Source of the DNA: a virus
IMG/VR virus record: IMGVR_UViG_3300027708_001637
DNA: 64,000 nucleotides
Strand: one strand, 5' to 3'
In this document: positions 53,801 to 64,000 of the stretch, one piece after another
Position numbering within the stretch: the stretch's first letter is position 1
Layout of the letters: the number at the start of each line of letters is the position of its first letter
Notes under the pieces: generated by a model
Told to the model about the DNA's origin: nothing
The model's database searches: none
What the model saw: the letters and a program-made list of their open reading frames with translations, nothing else
Made by a program: the position numbers and the translations under genes

Positions 53801-56800
53801 ATGTTAACTGCGTTATCTTTGGGCGATGTTTTAACCATTAACGAGTACAACAACACCAATGGAAGTTTTGTCCCTCCTACGCCTAGCAAGTTGGGATTGT
53901 ATCCTGTATCTGTCCCGTCAATGTATGTAGATTACACATATGTAACACCAACAAAAGTTATACAAGGTCACGATGGTAGTATTATGGTTGCATTTAACGA
54001 TTACCGTGATGCAATTATTTTAGAGTATGAGCTACGTGTTTACAATAATATTAAAGTAAAGTATCGTCCTGAACTATTTGATATTAATAGCGTTACTCCA
54101 GGTGCATTTAGAAATACTGATTATAGTCTTGATGAAATTACTAAAATTGTAGAACAAGATTTTATTCGTTGGAGCGGCATATATGGAATTGATTACGTTA
54201 GCAATCCTACGTTTAACAATGCTGAACCACGTACTTGGAACTATACAGGATCTCTCAACACATTATTAAATGTGTCAGTAAACGGATCTTGGCGCTCAAT
54301 TTTTAAATATTTTTATGATACTGATCGTCCCGCAACACATCCTTGGGAAATGTTAGGATTAGTATCTGAACCTACTTGGTGGACAGATTTGTATGGACCT
54401 GCTCCCTATACATCTGGTAACACACTCATGTGGGGTGACATTGAAGCAGGTCGAATTAATGGAGTTGTGAATCAATTCTATGCTCGTCCTGGATTGAGTT
54501 CCATACTACCCGTAGATTCAAACGGTAATCAATTAGACCCTACCACAGTTCCATTAATTGTTAATACTACCCCGTATAACATTAGACAAAGCTGGATTAT
54601 TGGAGATCAAGGTCCTGCTGAAACGGTATGGCGTCGTAGTAGTTTTTGGCCATTTGTTGTCCAACGATTATTAGCATTAACTCGTCCTGCAAATTACTGC
54701 ACCCTAATGTATGATCCATTCAATATGAATGTTGATCTCGCTGGTCAATGGAGTTATGGTGCTAACCATACTTTGCCACAATTGGCATCTATGCCAATTC
54801 ACGGTGAGAATGGAATTGCAACAACTGGCTATAGTGTTTTTGTTAGTGAAATTGGTCAACAGCGTACAAAAAATTATATTGCAGATTTACGTCAAGATTT
54901 GACATACGTTAATTTTCAATTATTTCACAAAGTTGGTGGATTTGTAAATCCAGATACCCTACAAATTATACTTGATGCATACGAGCCAACTACTATGGAT
55001 GCCGGTGCCATATTACCTAAACAAAATTATAAATTAATTTTGAATACCAGCAATCCTATTCGAAGCATTGGCATTAGCGGATTGATTATTCAACGTATTA
55101 ACGGCGCATTTGTAGTTACTGGATACGATCGACAAGATCCATATTTTACATACTATACTCCTATAAGAAATGCTAATACACCTACTATTACTGTTGGTGG
55201 CGTTAGTGCAGAATATGTTAATTGGGCACCTGCTGCCACAGTTGGCTCACGTGGATTAACTTCTGCTGACATAACATCCGCTGTGTCTGCTCCAACAACT
55301 GTATTTTACCAACAAGGGCAAATTGTTCGTTATGGTAACAATTACTATAGAGTACAAGTAAGCCATCAAGCAGAAACTGCATTTAATTCAAGCCTGTATC
55401 AATTACTAACCGTATTACCAACAACTGGCGGTGCAACTGTGCAAACTGCATCTAAATTTAACTCAACACCAAGTTATGCACCTTATGGCCAAACATACAA
55501 CACCATACAAGAAGTTTATGATCTTATTATAGGGTACGGGGCTTGGTTAGCAGATCAAGGATTTGTTTTTAACGAATTCAATACTACATTAAACTCAGTA
55601 GTGGATTGGAATTTAAGTGCTCGCGAATTCTTGTACTGGAGCACACAAAATTGGATCAACAACAGTATTATTTCCATCAGTCCATTTGCTGATCAGTTGA
55701 CTTATCAATACAGTGATTCAGTTGTTGACAATGTTTTTGATAGTTTTTATGATTACAGCATATATCGTTCAGATGGTACACCGTTTCCTAAAAAGAATTT
55801 GTTCATTGCTAGAGAAAGTGGCCAGTTCACAATTAATACTATTAATACTGGTGACGGAATTTACTATGCGCGATTGAATTCAGTACAAAAAGAACACGGA
55901 ATGATATTTGACAACACTACAGCATATAGTGATGTGATTTATGATATTGAAACAGGTCAGCGCCAACACCGTATGAAATTAGTGGGATTTAGAACTGCTA
56001 ACTGGAACGGTGACTTTTTTGCACCAGGCTTTGTTTATGACCAAGCTAAAATTGTAACTTGGGCCCCTAATACCTATTACACGGCTAGTGATGTTGTACA
56101 GTTTAATGGTCAATTCTATAGTGCCAAGATGAGTTTAGAAGGTAGTAAGATATTTGATCATACCAAATGGACTTTGTTGGGATCAAAGCCTGTTGCAGGA
56201 TTAATTCCTAACTTTGATTATAAAATTCGTGCATTTAACGATTTCTATAGTTTAGACATTGACAGTTTTGATGCTGCTCAACAACGTACTGCCCAACAGT
56301 TAACTGGTTATGTTCCTCGCGACTACTTAAACAATATCTTTACTGATCCTATTAGTCAATATAAATTCTATCAAGGATACATTAAAGAGAAAGGCACTAA
56401 AAATCCTATCAATAAATTATCCAAGGCTAGCATTAATAATTTAAACAGTAAAATTGATTTTAATGAAGAATGGGCGTTCCGTGTTGGACAATACGGGTCA
56501 TTCACTACTTATAAAGAATTTGAAACTCCTCTAGTTGAAGGTAAGTTTGCAGAAAATCCTCAGATTATCAGTTTCGTTAACACCGTACCTGAATTATTTA
56601 AAGATTTAGTTTATTATGTAACACCTGACAAATTGACTATTGGAAAAGGTACATTGCCAAGTTTTGTCACCACAAGTTCCAGTGCTAGTTCGTTTAAATT
56701 ATTAAATGCAGGATATGCACAATTGGATGACGTTACTAATACAGCATTCAATACCAATAGTTTAATTACATTGGCCAATAATACTGCATTGAATGTTGGC

Positions 56801-59800
56801 GATACAGTTTGGGTAAGTTCTACTAATACAGGTGATTGGGATATATATAGATATGCATTTGTCCCTGCTGGAATTACCAATGTGGCCGTTGAAGTTGCAT
56901 ACAGTTCTATCATCTTTACTACTGCTGGGTCTCACGGATTAAAAGCAACTGATCTAGTATCCATAACTAATATTGATAGTTCAGTTAATGGCATATATCA
57001 AGTTGTATCAGTTATTGGTAACACTCAATTTACAGTGTCTAGTTCATTATCGTCTGTCAATTTTATATTTCCAACAACTCCAGGAACATTGTTTACATTT
57101 AAAAGTTCTAGATTTTCATCATATGATAATATGCCCTCAGATCAAGAATTATTCCAGTATCCTCCAGGAACAACTATTTGGATTGATTCTGGTAATCTAA
57201 CAGATAACAACGGATGGGCAGTTTACGAAAAAGTAAATAATTATTATAAAACCAAAGTCAATAGTTTTGGAACTACTTCTGCATTATCTTCTAACCAAGC
57301 ATTGGGATATAGTATAAGCAAACGAAAAGGAAATAATGTAGTAGTGGCAGGACTTCCTACTTACAACGATACTTCTGGAAATTCTGGTAGGGTATCATTG
57401 TACACTAAAAATGGTAACAATCTACAATTCCTATTAAACTATCCATTATCAAATACACCGTTACCCAATACAGAATTTGGATACAGTGTAATTTATGACG
57501 ATATTGAATTTAATCTCACTACCTATGGATTAATATTTGCTGGAGCACCAGGTGCTTACAATTCTAGTGGTACTATTAAAATTAGTAGTATTAATGCCAA
57601 TTCTTTACAACAACAACCAGAAATTACTATTGACAATCCTAGTAATACATATGGCAGGTTTGGATCTAGTATATTTGTTCAAAGAAATACCAGTACCAAG
57701 CTAGTATTAATTGGTGCTCCAGAAAATGGAGGAAGCGTATATTCATATACAATTACTGCCACTAATACGATACAAATTAATCAACCAAAAACTGTAACCG
57801 CTTCAACTTCGGGTACACTTTGGTTATCAACATCTACCCGATGGGGGCATTCTATCGTTGGTTCTGACAATGCTAGTATCTATGCAATTGGTGCTCCTGG
57901 ATTTGACAACAATAGTGGCACTGTTTGGACATCAAATTATGAACTAATCACAAGTCCATTTGGTTCTGGTAGTGGGTTTGGTCATTCAATGGCAATGAGT
58001 ACTAGTGGCAATTATTTGGCTATTAGTGCTCCAAATTATATCAATGCTAATAATAGTTTAGGTGCGGTTGCAGTATATACATTGACTAATAGTACATATA
58101 TATTAGATCAGATTTTATATAATCCAGTTAATACAAACATATATGGTGGCAGTTTGCATTTTGGATATGCAATGGATTTCAATGCTGAAACTGATATTTT
58201 AATAATTAGTTCATTGGGCACCGCATCAACAACTCTAACTACATTTGATAAAGGTAGTACCACATTTGATAAGAAGACTACTTATTTTACTGCCGATGAA
58301 CCAGGATCTGGTTCAGTTTATCTATATGAAAGGCGAGCCCATCGTTACGTGTATGCAAATGAATTGACATCTAGTGATATTACTACTGTTCAAGGAACTG
58401 ATTATGGAACAAGCGTGGCCGTTGATACTGGGGTGGTATTAGTTGGTGCACCAGCAATTACTAGTAACGGGTCTAGTAGTGTTCATCAATTTAATCAAAT
58501 TAATTCTACGTATACAGGATGGAATCCGTTAAGAGTACAAGATGATTTAGTAGTACTGGATACTATTAGAGAAATTAAATTAATTGATACTATTACTGAT
58601 AGTATAGTTAATTATTATGATTATCATGATCCACTAAAAGGTAAAATACTTGGTATTGCTGAAGAAGAATTAACTTATAAAACAGCCACTGATCCTGCAA
58701 TCTATAGTACTGGCACTAGTACCGTTAATGTGAACGTCAATACTAGTTGGTTGGATGACCACGTGGGAGAATTATGGTGGGATTTAAGTACTGCTAAATT
58801 TATCTGGTATGAGCAAGGCGATTTAGAATATCGTAGAAATAAATGGGGTAAATTATTCCCAGGTGCTAGTATTGATGTATATGAATGGGTGGGATCACAG
58901 TTATTGCCTAGCGAGTGGGCAGCTCAAGCAGATACTAATTCTGGCTTAACATCTGGAATTAGCGGACAGCCAAAATTTGTTGATAATAGCACCGTGAGTG
59001 TTAGTCAAGTTTACGACACTGTAACTGGATCATTTACCAATTATTATTACTATTGGGTCCTTAATAAAGTTGTAGTGCCCAATGTTAAAAATCGAAGAAT
59101 TAGTGCACAATCTGTGGCTAATATAATTTTTAATCCAGCAGCAGCAGGAGTTCAATACGCAGCAATTATAAGTTCAAATGCTTTGATGCTTGGCAATGTT
59201 GCAACACAATTAGTATCTGATAATATCAGTTTAAATATTTCTCTTGATACTGCTAACAGTAAAATCCCCCGCCATACTGAATGGGTATTAATGCAAGAAG
59301 GATCTCACGATTCCGTCCCGCCACCCATTTTAGAAAGAAAAATGATAGAAAGTCTTTTAGGACATACCATTAGCACTTCTACCAATGCTGGTGCACCTGT
59401 TCCAGATCCTACACTATCTTCTAGAGAAAAATTTGGCATTGGTTTTAGGCCACAACAAACATTGTTTAATGATCGGTTGCAGGCCGTGAGAACAATAGTT
59501 GAATTTGCCAATAGTGTATTAATTAATCTTCAAATAACAGGAAATTACAATTTTGATCGATTAAATTCTCAACAATTGGCTCCCACATCATATAACGTAG
59601 TTGAAGATAACAATGCATTGGATATGATTATTCCTACAGATGGAATGATTGTTACTGTTTTATCAGATAACACTTACGATGGTAGTTGGACAGTATTCAA
59701 ATATAATTCTAATATACAACAATGGGTTAGATATCAAACTCAAACTTTTAATACTACATTGTATTGGAATTACACAGATTGGGTAAGTTCTGATTATGAT

Positions 59801-62800
59801 CAATATAAAATTTTGTCTGCCACAGTGGCCAATACATATGAATTATCGTTGCTATCGTTAGTTGCTGGCCAATATGTCAAAGTTAACAATAGGGGAGATG
59901 GAAATTATATCATTGTTGAAAAAGTTAATACGATTGGAAATTTTAATAATGATTTTGATTTAGTTTATATTCAAAACGGAACTATTCAGTTATCTAAAGA
60001 CTTATGGGATTCCCCATATGGCTGGGATGAGACATATTCATTTGATCAAACAGCTTGGAATAGGACTCCTGATTACGAACTTCAGCAAATCCTGCAGGCA
60101 TTAAAAGATGATATATTCATTAATGATTTAAAATCTAATTGGAATTTGTTATTCTTTAAAGCAATAAAATATGCGTTTACTGAAACCCAAACTATTGATT
60201 GGGCATTTAAAACCTCCTTTATTAGTGCAATAAACTATGCAGGCGAATTAAACCAACCAGCTGTTTATAAATTACAAGACAATGCGTTTTACGAAAATTA
60301 CTTAAATGAAGTCAAACCTTATCATACGCAAATAAGAGAATTCACAACTGAGTATTCTTCCACCGATACTATTAATACATCATTAACTGATTTTGAAGGT
60401 ATTTACACTGGTACTGATCAAATAATTGTACCGTTCCGTGCAGTTACTGGCAGTATTTTGTTTGATCGTGTATCCACTATGCCCACTATTGGTACATTAC
60501 CTGTAACTGACACGTTTATTGGTGATGGTGGTACCAGGGAATTCGTATTGAGCTGGGTAGCACATCCTAATAAATCACAACTAACTGTAACTATTGATGA
60601 CACGTATGTTTTACAATCTGATTATACAGTAAGATATTATAGTGCTAAATCTAATGGTTACCAAAAACAATTCAGTAATTTAAAATTTTTAAATCAATCG
60701 CCATCTCAAAATTCTCGAATTATGATAACTTATAATAAGAGTATTGAGTTAATGGATGCAACGGATCGCATTATTAATTTTTACGACCCAACACCAGGAA
60801 TGCCTGGTAATGATTTAAATTTATTAATGGACGGCGTTACTGATCCTAGAAAATCCATTGGCGGTCAATATGAGGGAACTAATTTTGGAAATAGATTTGG
60901 TGGTACAGTTGCAGATACATCTATTGATGCTGGTCTTTTTTATAATGGAAAATTAATCAATGCTTTGGGTATTAATCCTACTGATTTAACAATCAATGGC
61001 GAATACGGATTTGTAACAACCAGTTCTGCATATGGCCCTGAAGAACTTATCCCAGGTTTTACTATTGATACATTGGGCATAGATGTTTATACCAAATCCA
61101 ACAAATTAGTATCACCTACAATAATAAGTGGGTCGTTCAATGTTAATGCATCAAAATCCACATCTACTATTAAAACTACTGTTATTCAACCTACTACCAA
61201 AACTGGCAGTACTCAAACTGTTGTTACTGAAATTATCAATTCTACCACATATGGTTTAAGTATATTACCAACAACAATTGATAGTATATTTGTAAATTTC
61301 AATGGTATTGAATTTGATTACACTGATTCGCCTTTTACAAATAGTGCACAATTTTCTATTGATTGGTATAAGTCCACTATTTCTATCCCTGCACAATTTT
61401 CAAATGGATTGTTAGGTTATACGATTATTGGTGTTGGCGACAGTTCAACAAATGGAAATGGTTTAATTGATAACGGAATTGCATATGCTGCTAACACTCA
61501 AACTAAGAGTATTGTAAGTTTGGCAAATATTCATGATATCACACATTCATATGTCACTGTCAATGGTGCGCCAATTACACAGATAGATTCTGGAAATAAC
61601 ATTTATTATTCTTTAAATTCTGCAAGTACTACCAGTAACCGAGCTGCCGCAACTGTAAAAAATCTTCAGCTTGATAAACAATACGCTGTTCAAGCCTGGT
61701 TCTTTGCATCATCACAAGATAAATTTAATGTGATTCAAGAACAAGTATTCCCTGTAGTATCTTCCGTATATACATTAACTAATTTTGTATCTAATAGTAC
61801 TTCTGGATCGCCCAGTACTCAAGTTATTGTAGAATACATCTATAGTAACGGTATTAAAAGAAGATTGCTCCCACCTGATGTTTCATATTACACAGTAATT
61901 GATCCAAGCATTAAATCATACCGTGTAGTATTAGCGGCATCTGGTGTAACATTTAATACATCAAATACCAATACAAATGTATATTTGAATGGCAGTATAT
62001 TAACAACATCCTCATATACATTTAGTGGTAACCAGATAGTAATTTCTAACAGTGTTACGCTTAATGTTGGTGATACAGTTTCTGTTGAAGCATTTAATAA
62101 CTCTGATATTACTAGAGCATCTTCCAATAATTATACATATGATTATGTTATTGATAATTCAGGAAAATTATATCTAACATCTAATATAACACAACCGCAT
62201 CCTTTAGATAAATTAAAAGTTATAACATTTTCAAATCAAGATAGTTTATTATTAGAAACTCAAAAGTTTTTAGGTAACCCTGCTGGAACTTATAAAATGT
62301 CACGCCCAGTTTTAAATGTCAATTATGTATGGGTAACTATTGCAACTTCCTCAACTGTAACTGCACTGACTAGCGGAATTGATTATCAAGTATTAGATGA
62401 TAATATCACTGTTAAACTTAGCGATCAATACCCGGTGACTTCAAATCAAACTGTAATTATAATGAGTTTTGGAAATAATAAATCGGCAAGCAACGTGTTA
62501 GCATATAGACAATTTAAAGATTTATTAGGTGGATCTTCTTTTACTAGATTATCTGATAGAAATTCAACATATCTAACAAAACCTCTAGCATTTACTCATA
62601 CTGAAATTTGTGTAGCCGATGCATCAGTACTGACACCGCCAGATGTAAATCAAAATATTCCAGGTGTGATACTTGTTGACGGCGAGCGTATTGAGTTTTT
62701 TACTATATCCGATAGTAACACGCTAACACACCTGCGCCGCGCAACATTGGGAACTAGCCCATCTGATCATTTAATAGCGGGCACAATTGTTATTGATCAA

Positions 62801-63685
62801 GGAAGTTATCAAACTATTTCATATTCTGATTCAGTATTAGTACAAAATACTTTTACCAATGTTTCAACTAATACATATTCAATTAATACAGTAAGTAGCC
62901 TCATCACGTATCCAAATACATCTACAACAATAACAAGTGATGGTATTATATTAATGACAACTCCGGGTAAATTTCCAATTGATATTACAACGGGCAAAAT
63001 TAAATATTCTACATCCGGATCTTCAATAGTGTATACTGTTTCCACATCTAGCATTTTACCAAAAGATCAATTAGAAATATATTATGGTGGTCAATTATTA
63101 AAGAAAAATGGACACTATTATCATGATACTACTGTAAATTATGATAGCATTTTAGAAAATCAAATTGTTGGCACTACTGCTACTGTCGCTCAACTTCCAA
63201 CAACTAGTACTATTGCTCTTGGCACTGCTTATTTGATTACTGCAACTAATCAAGTTTGGGTCTATGTAGGCAACCGTTCAGAAATAGCAATAAATGGCAC
63301 AACATCGACCATTACTGGATTGGACAATTCAACTACTGGTACTACTTATCTTGATACGACACAAAATATAGTATATTGGTCAACTGGGACTGGATATGTT
63401 GCAACGGCTACATTTGGATATGTGGATTCTGGACTGAGATATGTAGCACCAGATTTTACTATTATTGGTACTAGCCCCCAATACTCGGTAAAATTAAACG
63501 TGCCTATTCAAGATAATGTTCAATTGACATTAGTCAAAAAACAGTATTCTATGTCACAAAGTTGGAATGATGTTATATCAAATACTAGTACTGTTTCTTT
63601 ATTAAATAGTACGGGAACTATTGCTACATTCCTACAAGATTCACCTGGCAAATTGCCAAATAGCTACTTCTACGGAGGAAAATAA
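50840..63685 (+). CDS. Giant baseplate/virion structural protein (4281 aa, gp7-like position)
   Basis: Uninterrupted 12.8-kb ORF starting 2 nt after gp6. Contains a NIDO-like insert, FG-GAP-like blades and repeated VY.NG...DY beta domains. Confidence 0.8.
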   Translation: MSTATIQTVNLLPSYLQTSKNSKFLASTIDQLIQPPQLEKLNSYIGYEPPVISVVTTQTVTTSSYELVALLKPADIAGTYFSTELVAPRKEGQFSQIAQFNADDAFQGPYNLGFDWNMFGTIYNQVYIGTNGYLTFGGGDVKYTPLTVGALKYPAIYVEYTDLWEGYGPSGQPLSTGETPGIRYATGSIGNFKYFRMRFQGSHYIQRNQTPVIPAYDYECTLYSDGVNQYVENIYEMIPSTVHGLGTNDIGAVFGIANPQNSIPPTTPLILPSQSVPNNTSHVFYSTQNGGKWYYSGPGSFDPFAKQGILISNTQTYILTTKNNYITSTSTYVDISKLPTWKLGDTYIKESSDLRQAYQLEPALIAYDKNLNVTTVVSIDDLANEITIKGGIADNFDRLFRSDVYSFDPKIDWDKLTNYQNYYWLPTGPALIDISSDNIDVDNDIIGNTSYTFTVTNSTATFSLLNGMLISFSGHNVSPAYKYQEFIVEGTGTSITLLPLNSLITPESVAAPADETFDTYGFSIWPGRLPFVPEYVTINRSSKDSNPWSRYNRWFSSNVIESSELANGRPITYPTKHRAKSPIVEFNADIQLFNFGSISIGSVDIIDTTTVDAFTTIEGSTSFATINESSIQIDGIALEYGQRIIFSADKNPVVSSTIYSVDIVNINGTPTLILVPSSNQIAAGSSVVVTKGTVNAGTSWYFNGTAWVYSQQRTHLNEAPLFDLFDDLGQSYSNKNYYTSNWGGNKIFGYKTGITNSLFYNYFANGSIVVTEPNQTIRSIPTSATYFKVGNEYFNTWGSRTAPPIEITSAGYYDVPLSLTNNPLNSGLSNLTLSDLTEHAAAKNRLIASYNPVAFAMMFEGKIENSVIDAITKSADAYNQFKFSLLTQAANINSLTDPVSALDEILTIINSSKTSTSPYYLSDMLAFGVDKKVITYTVNNLTRTSYSISSTFDLSAPNTRSVLVYLNEKQLTFGVDYIFDVIDNMVVMLTALSLGDVLTINEYNNTNGSFVPPTPSKLGLYPVSVPSMYVDYTYVTPTKVIQGHDGSIMVAFNDYRDAIILEYELRVYNNIKVKYRPELFDINSVTPGAFRNTDYSLDEITKIVEQDFIRWSGIYGIDYVSNPTFNNAEPRTWNYTGSLNTLLNVSVNGSWRSIFKYFYDTDRPATHPWEMLGLVSEPTWWTDLYGPAPYTSGNTLMWGDIEAGRINGVVNQFYARPGLSSILPVDSNGNQLDPTTVPLIVNTTPYNIRQSWIIGDQGPAETVWRRSSFWPFVVQRLLALTRPANYCTLMYDPFNMNVDLAGQWSYGANHTLPQLASMPIHGENGIATTGYSVFVSEIGQQRTKNYIADLRQDLTYVNFQLFHKVGGFVNPDTLQIILDAYEPTTMDAGAILPKQNYKLILNTSNPIRSIGISGLIIQRINGAFVVTGYDRQDPYFTYYTPIRNANTPTITVGGVSAEYVNWAPAATVGSRGLTSADITSAVSAPTTVFYQQGQIVRYGNNYYRVQVSHQAETAFNSSLYQLLTVLPTTGGATVQTASKFNSTPSYAPYGQTYNTIQEVYDLIIGYGAWLADQGFVFNEFNTTLNSVVDWNLSAREFLYWSTQNWINNSIISISPFADQLTYQYSDSVVDNVFDSFYDYSIYRSDGTPFPKKNLFIARESGQFTINTINTGDGIYYARLNSVQKEHGMIFDNTTAYSDVIYDIETGQRQHRMKLVGFRTANWNGDFFAPGFVYDQAKIVTWAPNTYYTASDVVQFNGQFYSAKMSLEGSKIFDHTKWTLLGSKPVAGLIPNFDYKIRAFNDFYSLDIDSFDAAQQRTAQQLTGYVPRDYLNNIFTDPISQYKFYQGYIKEKGTKNPINKLSKASINNLNSKIDFNEEWAFRVGQYGSFTTYKEFETPLVEGKFAENPQIISFVNTVPELFKDLVYYVTPDKLTIGKGTLPSFVTTSSSASSFKLLNAGYAQLDDVTNTAFNTNSLITLANNTALNVGDTVWVSSTNTGDWDIYRYAFVPAGITNVAVEVAYSSIIFTTAGSHGLKATDLVSITNIDSSVNGIYQVVSVIGNTQFTVSSSLSSVNFIFPTTPGTLFTFKSSRFSSYDNMPSDQELFQYPPGTTIWIDSGNLTDNNGWAVYEKVNNYYKTKVNSFGTTSALSSNQALGYSISKRKGNNVVVAGLPTYNDTSGNSGRVSLYTKNGNNLQFLLNYPLSNTPLPNTEFGYSVIYDDIEFNLTTYGLIFAGAPGAYNSSGTIKISSINANSLQQQPEITIDNPSNTYGRFGSSIFVQRNTSTKLVLIGAPENGGSVYSYTITATNTIQINQPKTVTASTSGTLWLSTSTRWGHSIVGSDNASIYAIGAPGFDNNSGTVWTSNYELITSPFGSGSGFGHSMAMSTSGNYLAISAPNYINANNSLGAVAVYTLTNSTYILDQILYNPVNTNIYGGSLHFGYAMDFNAETDILIISSLGTASTTLTTFDKGSTTFDKKTTYFTADEPGSGSVYLYERRAHRYVYANELTSSDITTVQGTDYGTSVAVDTGVVLVGAPAITSNGSSSVHQFNQINSTYTGWNPLRVQDDLVVLDTIREIKLIDTITDSIVNYYDYHDPLKGKILGIAEEELTYKTATDPAIYSTGTSTVNVNVNTSWLDDHVGELWWDLSTAKFIWYEQGDLEYRRNKWGKLFPGASIDVYEWVGSQLLPSEWAAQADTNSGLTSGISGQPKFVDNSTVSVSQVYDTVTGSFTNYYYYWVLNKVVVPNVKNRRISAQSVANIIFNPAAAGVQYAAIISSNALMLGNVATQLVSDNISLNISLDTANSKIPRHTEWVLMQEGSHDSVPPPILERKMIESLLGHTISTSTNAGAPVPDPTLSSREKFGIGFRPQQTLFNDRLQAVRTIVEFANSVLINLQITGNYNFDRLNSQQLAPTSYNVVEDNNALDMIIPTDGMIVTVLSDNTYDGSWTVFKYNSNIQQWVRYQTQTFNTTLYWNYTDWVSSDYDQYKILSATVANTYELSLLSLVAGQYVKVNNRGDGNYIIVEKVNTIGNFNNDFDLVYIQNGTIQLSKDLWDSPYGWDETYSFDQTAWNRTPDYELQQILQALKDDIFINDLKSNWNLLFFKAIKYAFTETQTIDWAFKTSFISAINYAGELNQPAVYKLQDNAFYENYLNEVKPYHTQIREFTTEYSSTDTINTSLTDFEGIYTGTDQIIVPFRAVTGSILFDRVSTMPTIGTLPVTDTFIGDGGTREFVLSWVAHPNKSQLTVTIDDTYVLQSDYTVRYYSAKSNGYQKQFSNLKFLNQSPSQNSRIMITYNKSIELMDATDRIINFYDPTPGMPGNDLNLLMDGVTDPRKSIGGQYEGTNFGNRFGGTVADTSIDAGLFYNGKLINALGINPTDLTINGEYGFVTTSSAYGPEELIPGFTIDTLGIDVYTKSNKLVSPTIISGSFNVNASKSTSTIKTTVIQPTTKTGSTQTVVTEIINSTTYGLSILPTTIDSIFVNFNGIEFDYTDSPFTNSAQFSIDWYKSTISIPAQFSNGLLGYTIIGVGDSSTNGNGLIDNGIAYAANTQTKSIVSLANIHDITHSYVTVNGAPITQIDSGNNIYYSLNSASTTSNRAAATVKNLQLDKQYAVQAWFFASSQDKFNVIQEQVFPVVSSVYTLTNFVSNSTSGSPSTQVIVEYIYSNGIKRRLLPPDVSYYTVIDPSIKSYRVVLAASGVTFNTSNTNTNVYLNGSILTTSSYTFSGNQIVISNSVTLNVGDTVSVEAFNNSDITRASSNNYTYDYVIDNSGKLYLTSNITQPHPLDKLKVITFSNQDSLLLETQKFLGNPAGTYKMSRPVLNVNYVWVTIATSSTVTALTSGIDYQVLDDNITVKLSDQYPVTSNQTVIIMSFGNNKSASNVLAYRQFKDLLGGSSFTRLSDRNSTYLTKPLAFTHTEICVADASVLTPPDVNQNIPGVILVDGERIEFFTISDSNTLTHLRRATLGTSPSDHLIAGTIVIDQGSYQTISYSDSVLVQNTFTNVSTNTYSINTVSSLITYPNTSTTITSDGIILMTTPGKFPIDITTGKIKYSTSGSSIVYTVSTSSILPKDQLEIYYGGQLLKKNGHYYHDTTVNYDSILENQIVGTTATVAQLPTTSTIALGTAYLITATNQVWVYVGNRSEIAINGTTSTITGLDNSTTGTTYLDTTQNIVYWSTGTGYVATATFGYVDSGLRYVAPDFTIIGTSPQYSVKLNVPIQDNVQLTLVKKQYSMSQSWNDVISNTSTVSLLNSTGTIATFLQDSPGKLPNSYFYGGK

Positions 63686-63715
63686 ACTGTAGAATAGATC
63701 CTAATCTTTTAACAG

Positions 63716-63723
63716 CATAAATA
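63716..63723 (+). promoter_or_regulatory. Late promoter CATAAATA
   Basis: Box ends 5 nt before the ATG at 63729. Confidence 0.6.
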
Positions 63724-63728
63724 TCGTT

Positions 63729-64000
63729 ATGAAACCAACAGACAACAAACCCAATGAACAAGGCAATATCCTACTTAAAGGACACATTAAGATCTCTGAT
63801 CCCACTACCGGTGAAATTTTTATTGACAAGGATAATGCTATCAATTATGAAAATTTTAGTTTGAGCCTTGCCCAGGGTGTAAGTAATCAAGGCCGCGGAA
63901 TGATTGAAAATATGTCATTTGGTAATGGCGGGACTAGAGTTGATAATACGGGTATTATTACGTATTTGACACCAAATGTCATTGGCGCCACCGCAGCACT
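63729..64000 (+). CDS. 5' part of a conserved virion/baseplate protein (MKPTDNKPNEQGNILLKGHIKI...), truncated by the window end
   Basis: Open frame to the edge: GHIKI.DP.TGEI..DKDNAI.YEN.S..LA, FGNGGT.VD.TGIITYL.PN. Confidence 0.75.
   Translation, partial: MKPTDNKPNEQGNILLKGHIKISDPTTGEIFIDKDNAINYENFSLSLAQGVSNQGRGMIENMSFGNGGTRVDNTGIITYLTPNVIGATAA

Noticed and set aside
1-64000. Stop-codon reassignment, inteins or introns in core genes
   Set aside because: Very long ORFs (up to 4281 aa) are open in code 11, genes end in TAA or TGA normally, and gp20, gp23, gp46 and gp47 are uninterrupted. The portal's Gly-rich stretch is a low-complexity loop, not an intein.

Overview
A 64-kb segment of a large, AT-rich, T4-superfamily myovirus genome. 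The short major capsid protein, giant baseplate protein and long gp55-like sigma factor suggest a Rak2/GAP32/XacN1-type jumbo lineage, but this placement is inference and no database search was run. The left arm (1-33.9 kb, minus strand) holds a cluster of Thr/Gly/Ser-rich fibre and appendage genes, then the head module (gp23, gp22, gp21, acidic core protein, an inserted FkbM methyltransferase, gp20 portal) and a tape-measure-like gene. The centre (33.9-40.9 kb) holds a gp26/gp51-like pair with a candidate -1 frameshift, an approximately 420-nt highly structured non-coding element directly behind a compact GIY-YIG nuclease gene, gp46/gp47 and the late sigma factor gp55. The right arm (40.9-64 kb, plus strand) is the baseplate module: tube initiator, gp53, hub, gp5 spike with a C-terminal lysozyme, gp25, gp6 and a 4281-aa protein. 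About 16 TAAATA late-promoter boxes, two sigma70-type promoters and three intrinsic terminators are visible. I saw no tRNA, rRNA, CRISPR array, reverse transcriptase, integrase or codon reassignment. The best candidates for new biology are the GIY-YIG plus large structured RNA locus and a lambda G/GT-like programmed frameshift fusing the gp26-like and gp51-like ORFs. All product calls come from motif recognition by eye, and all RNA pairings were found by hand.
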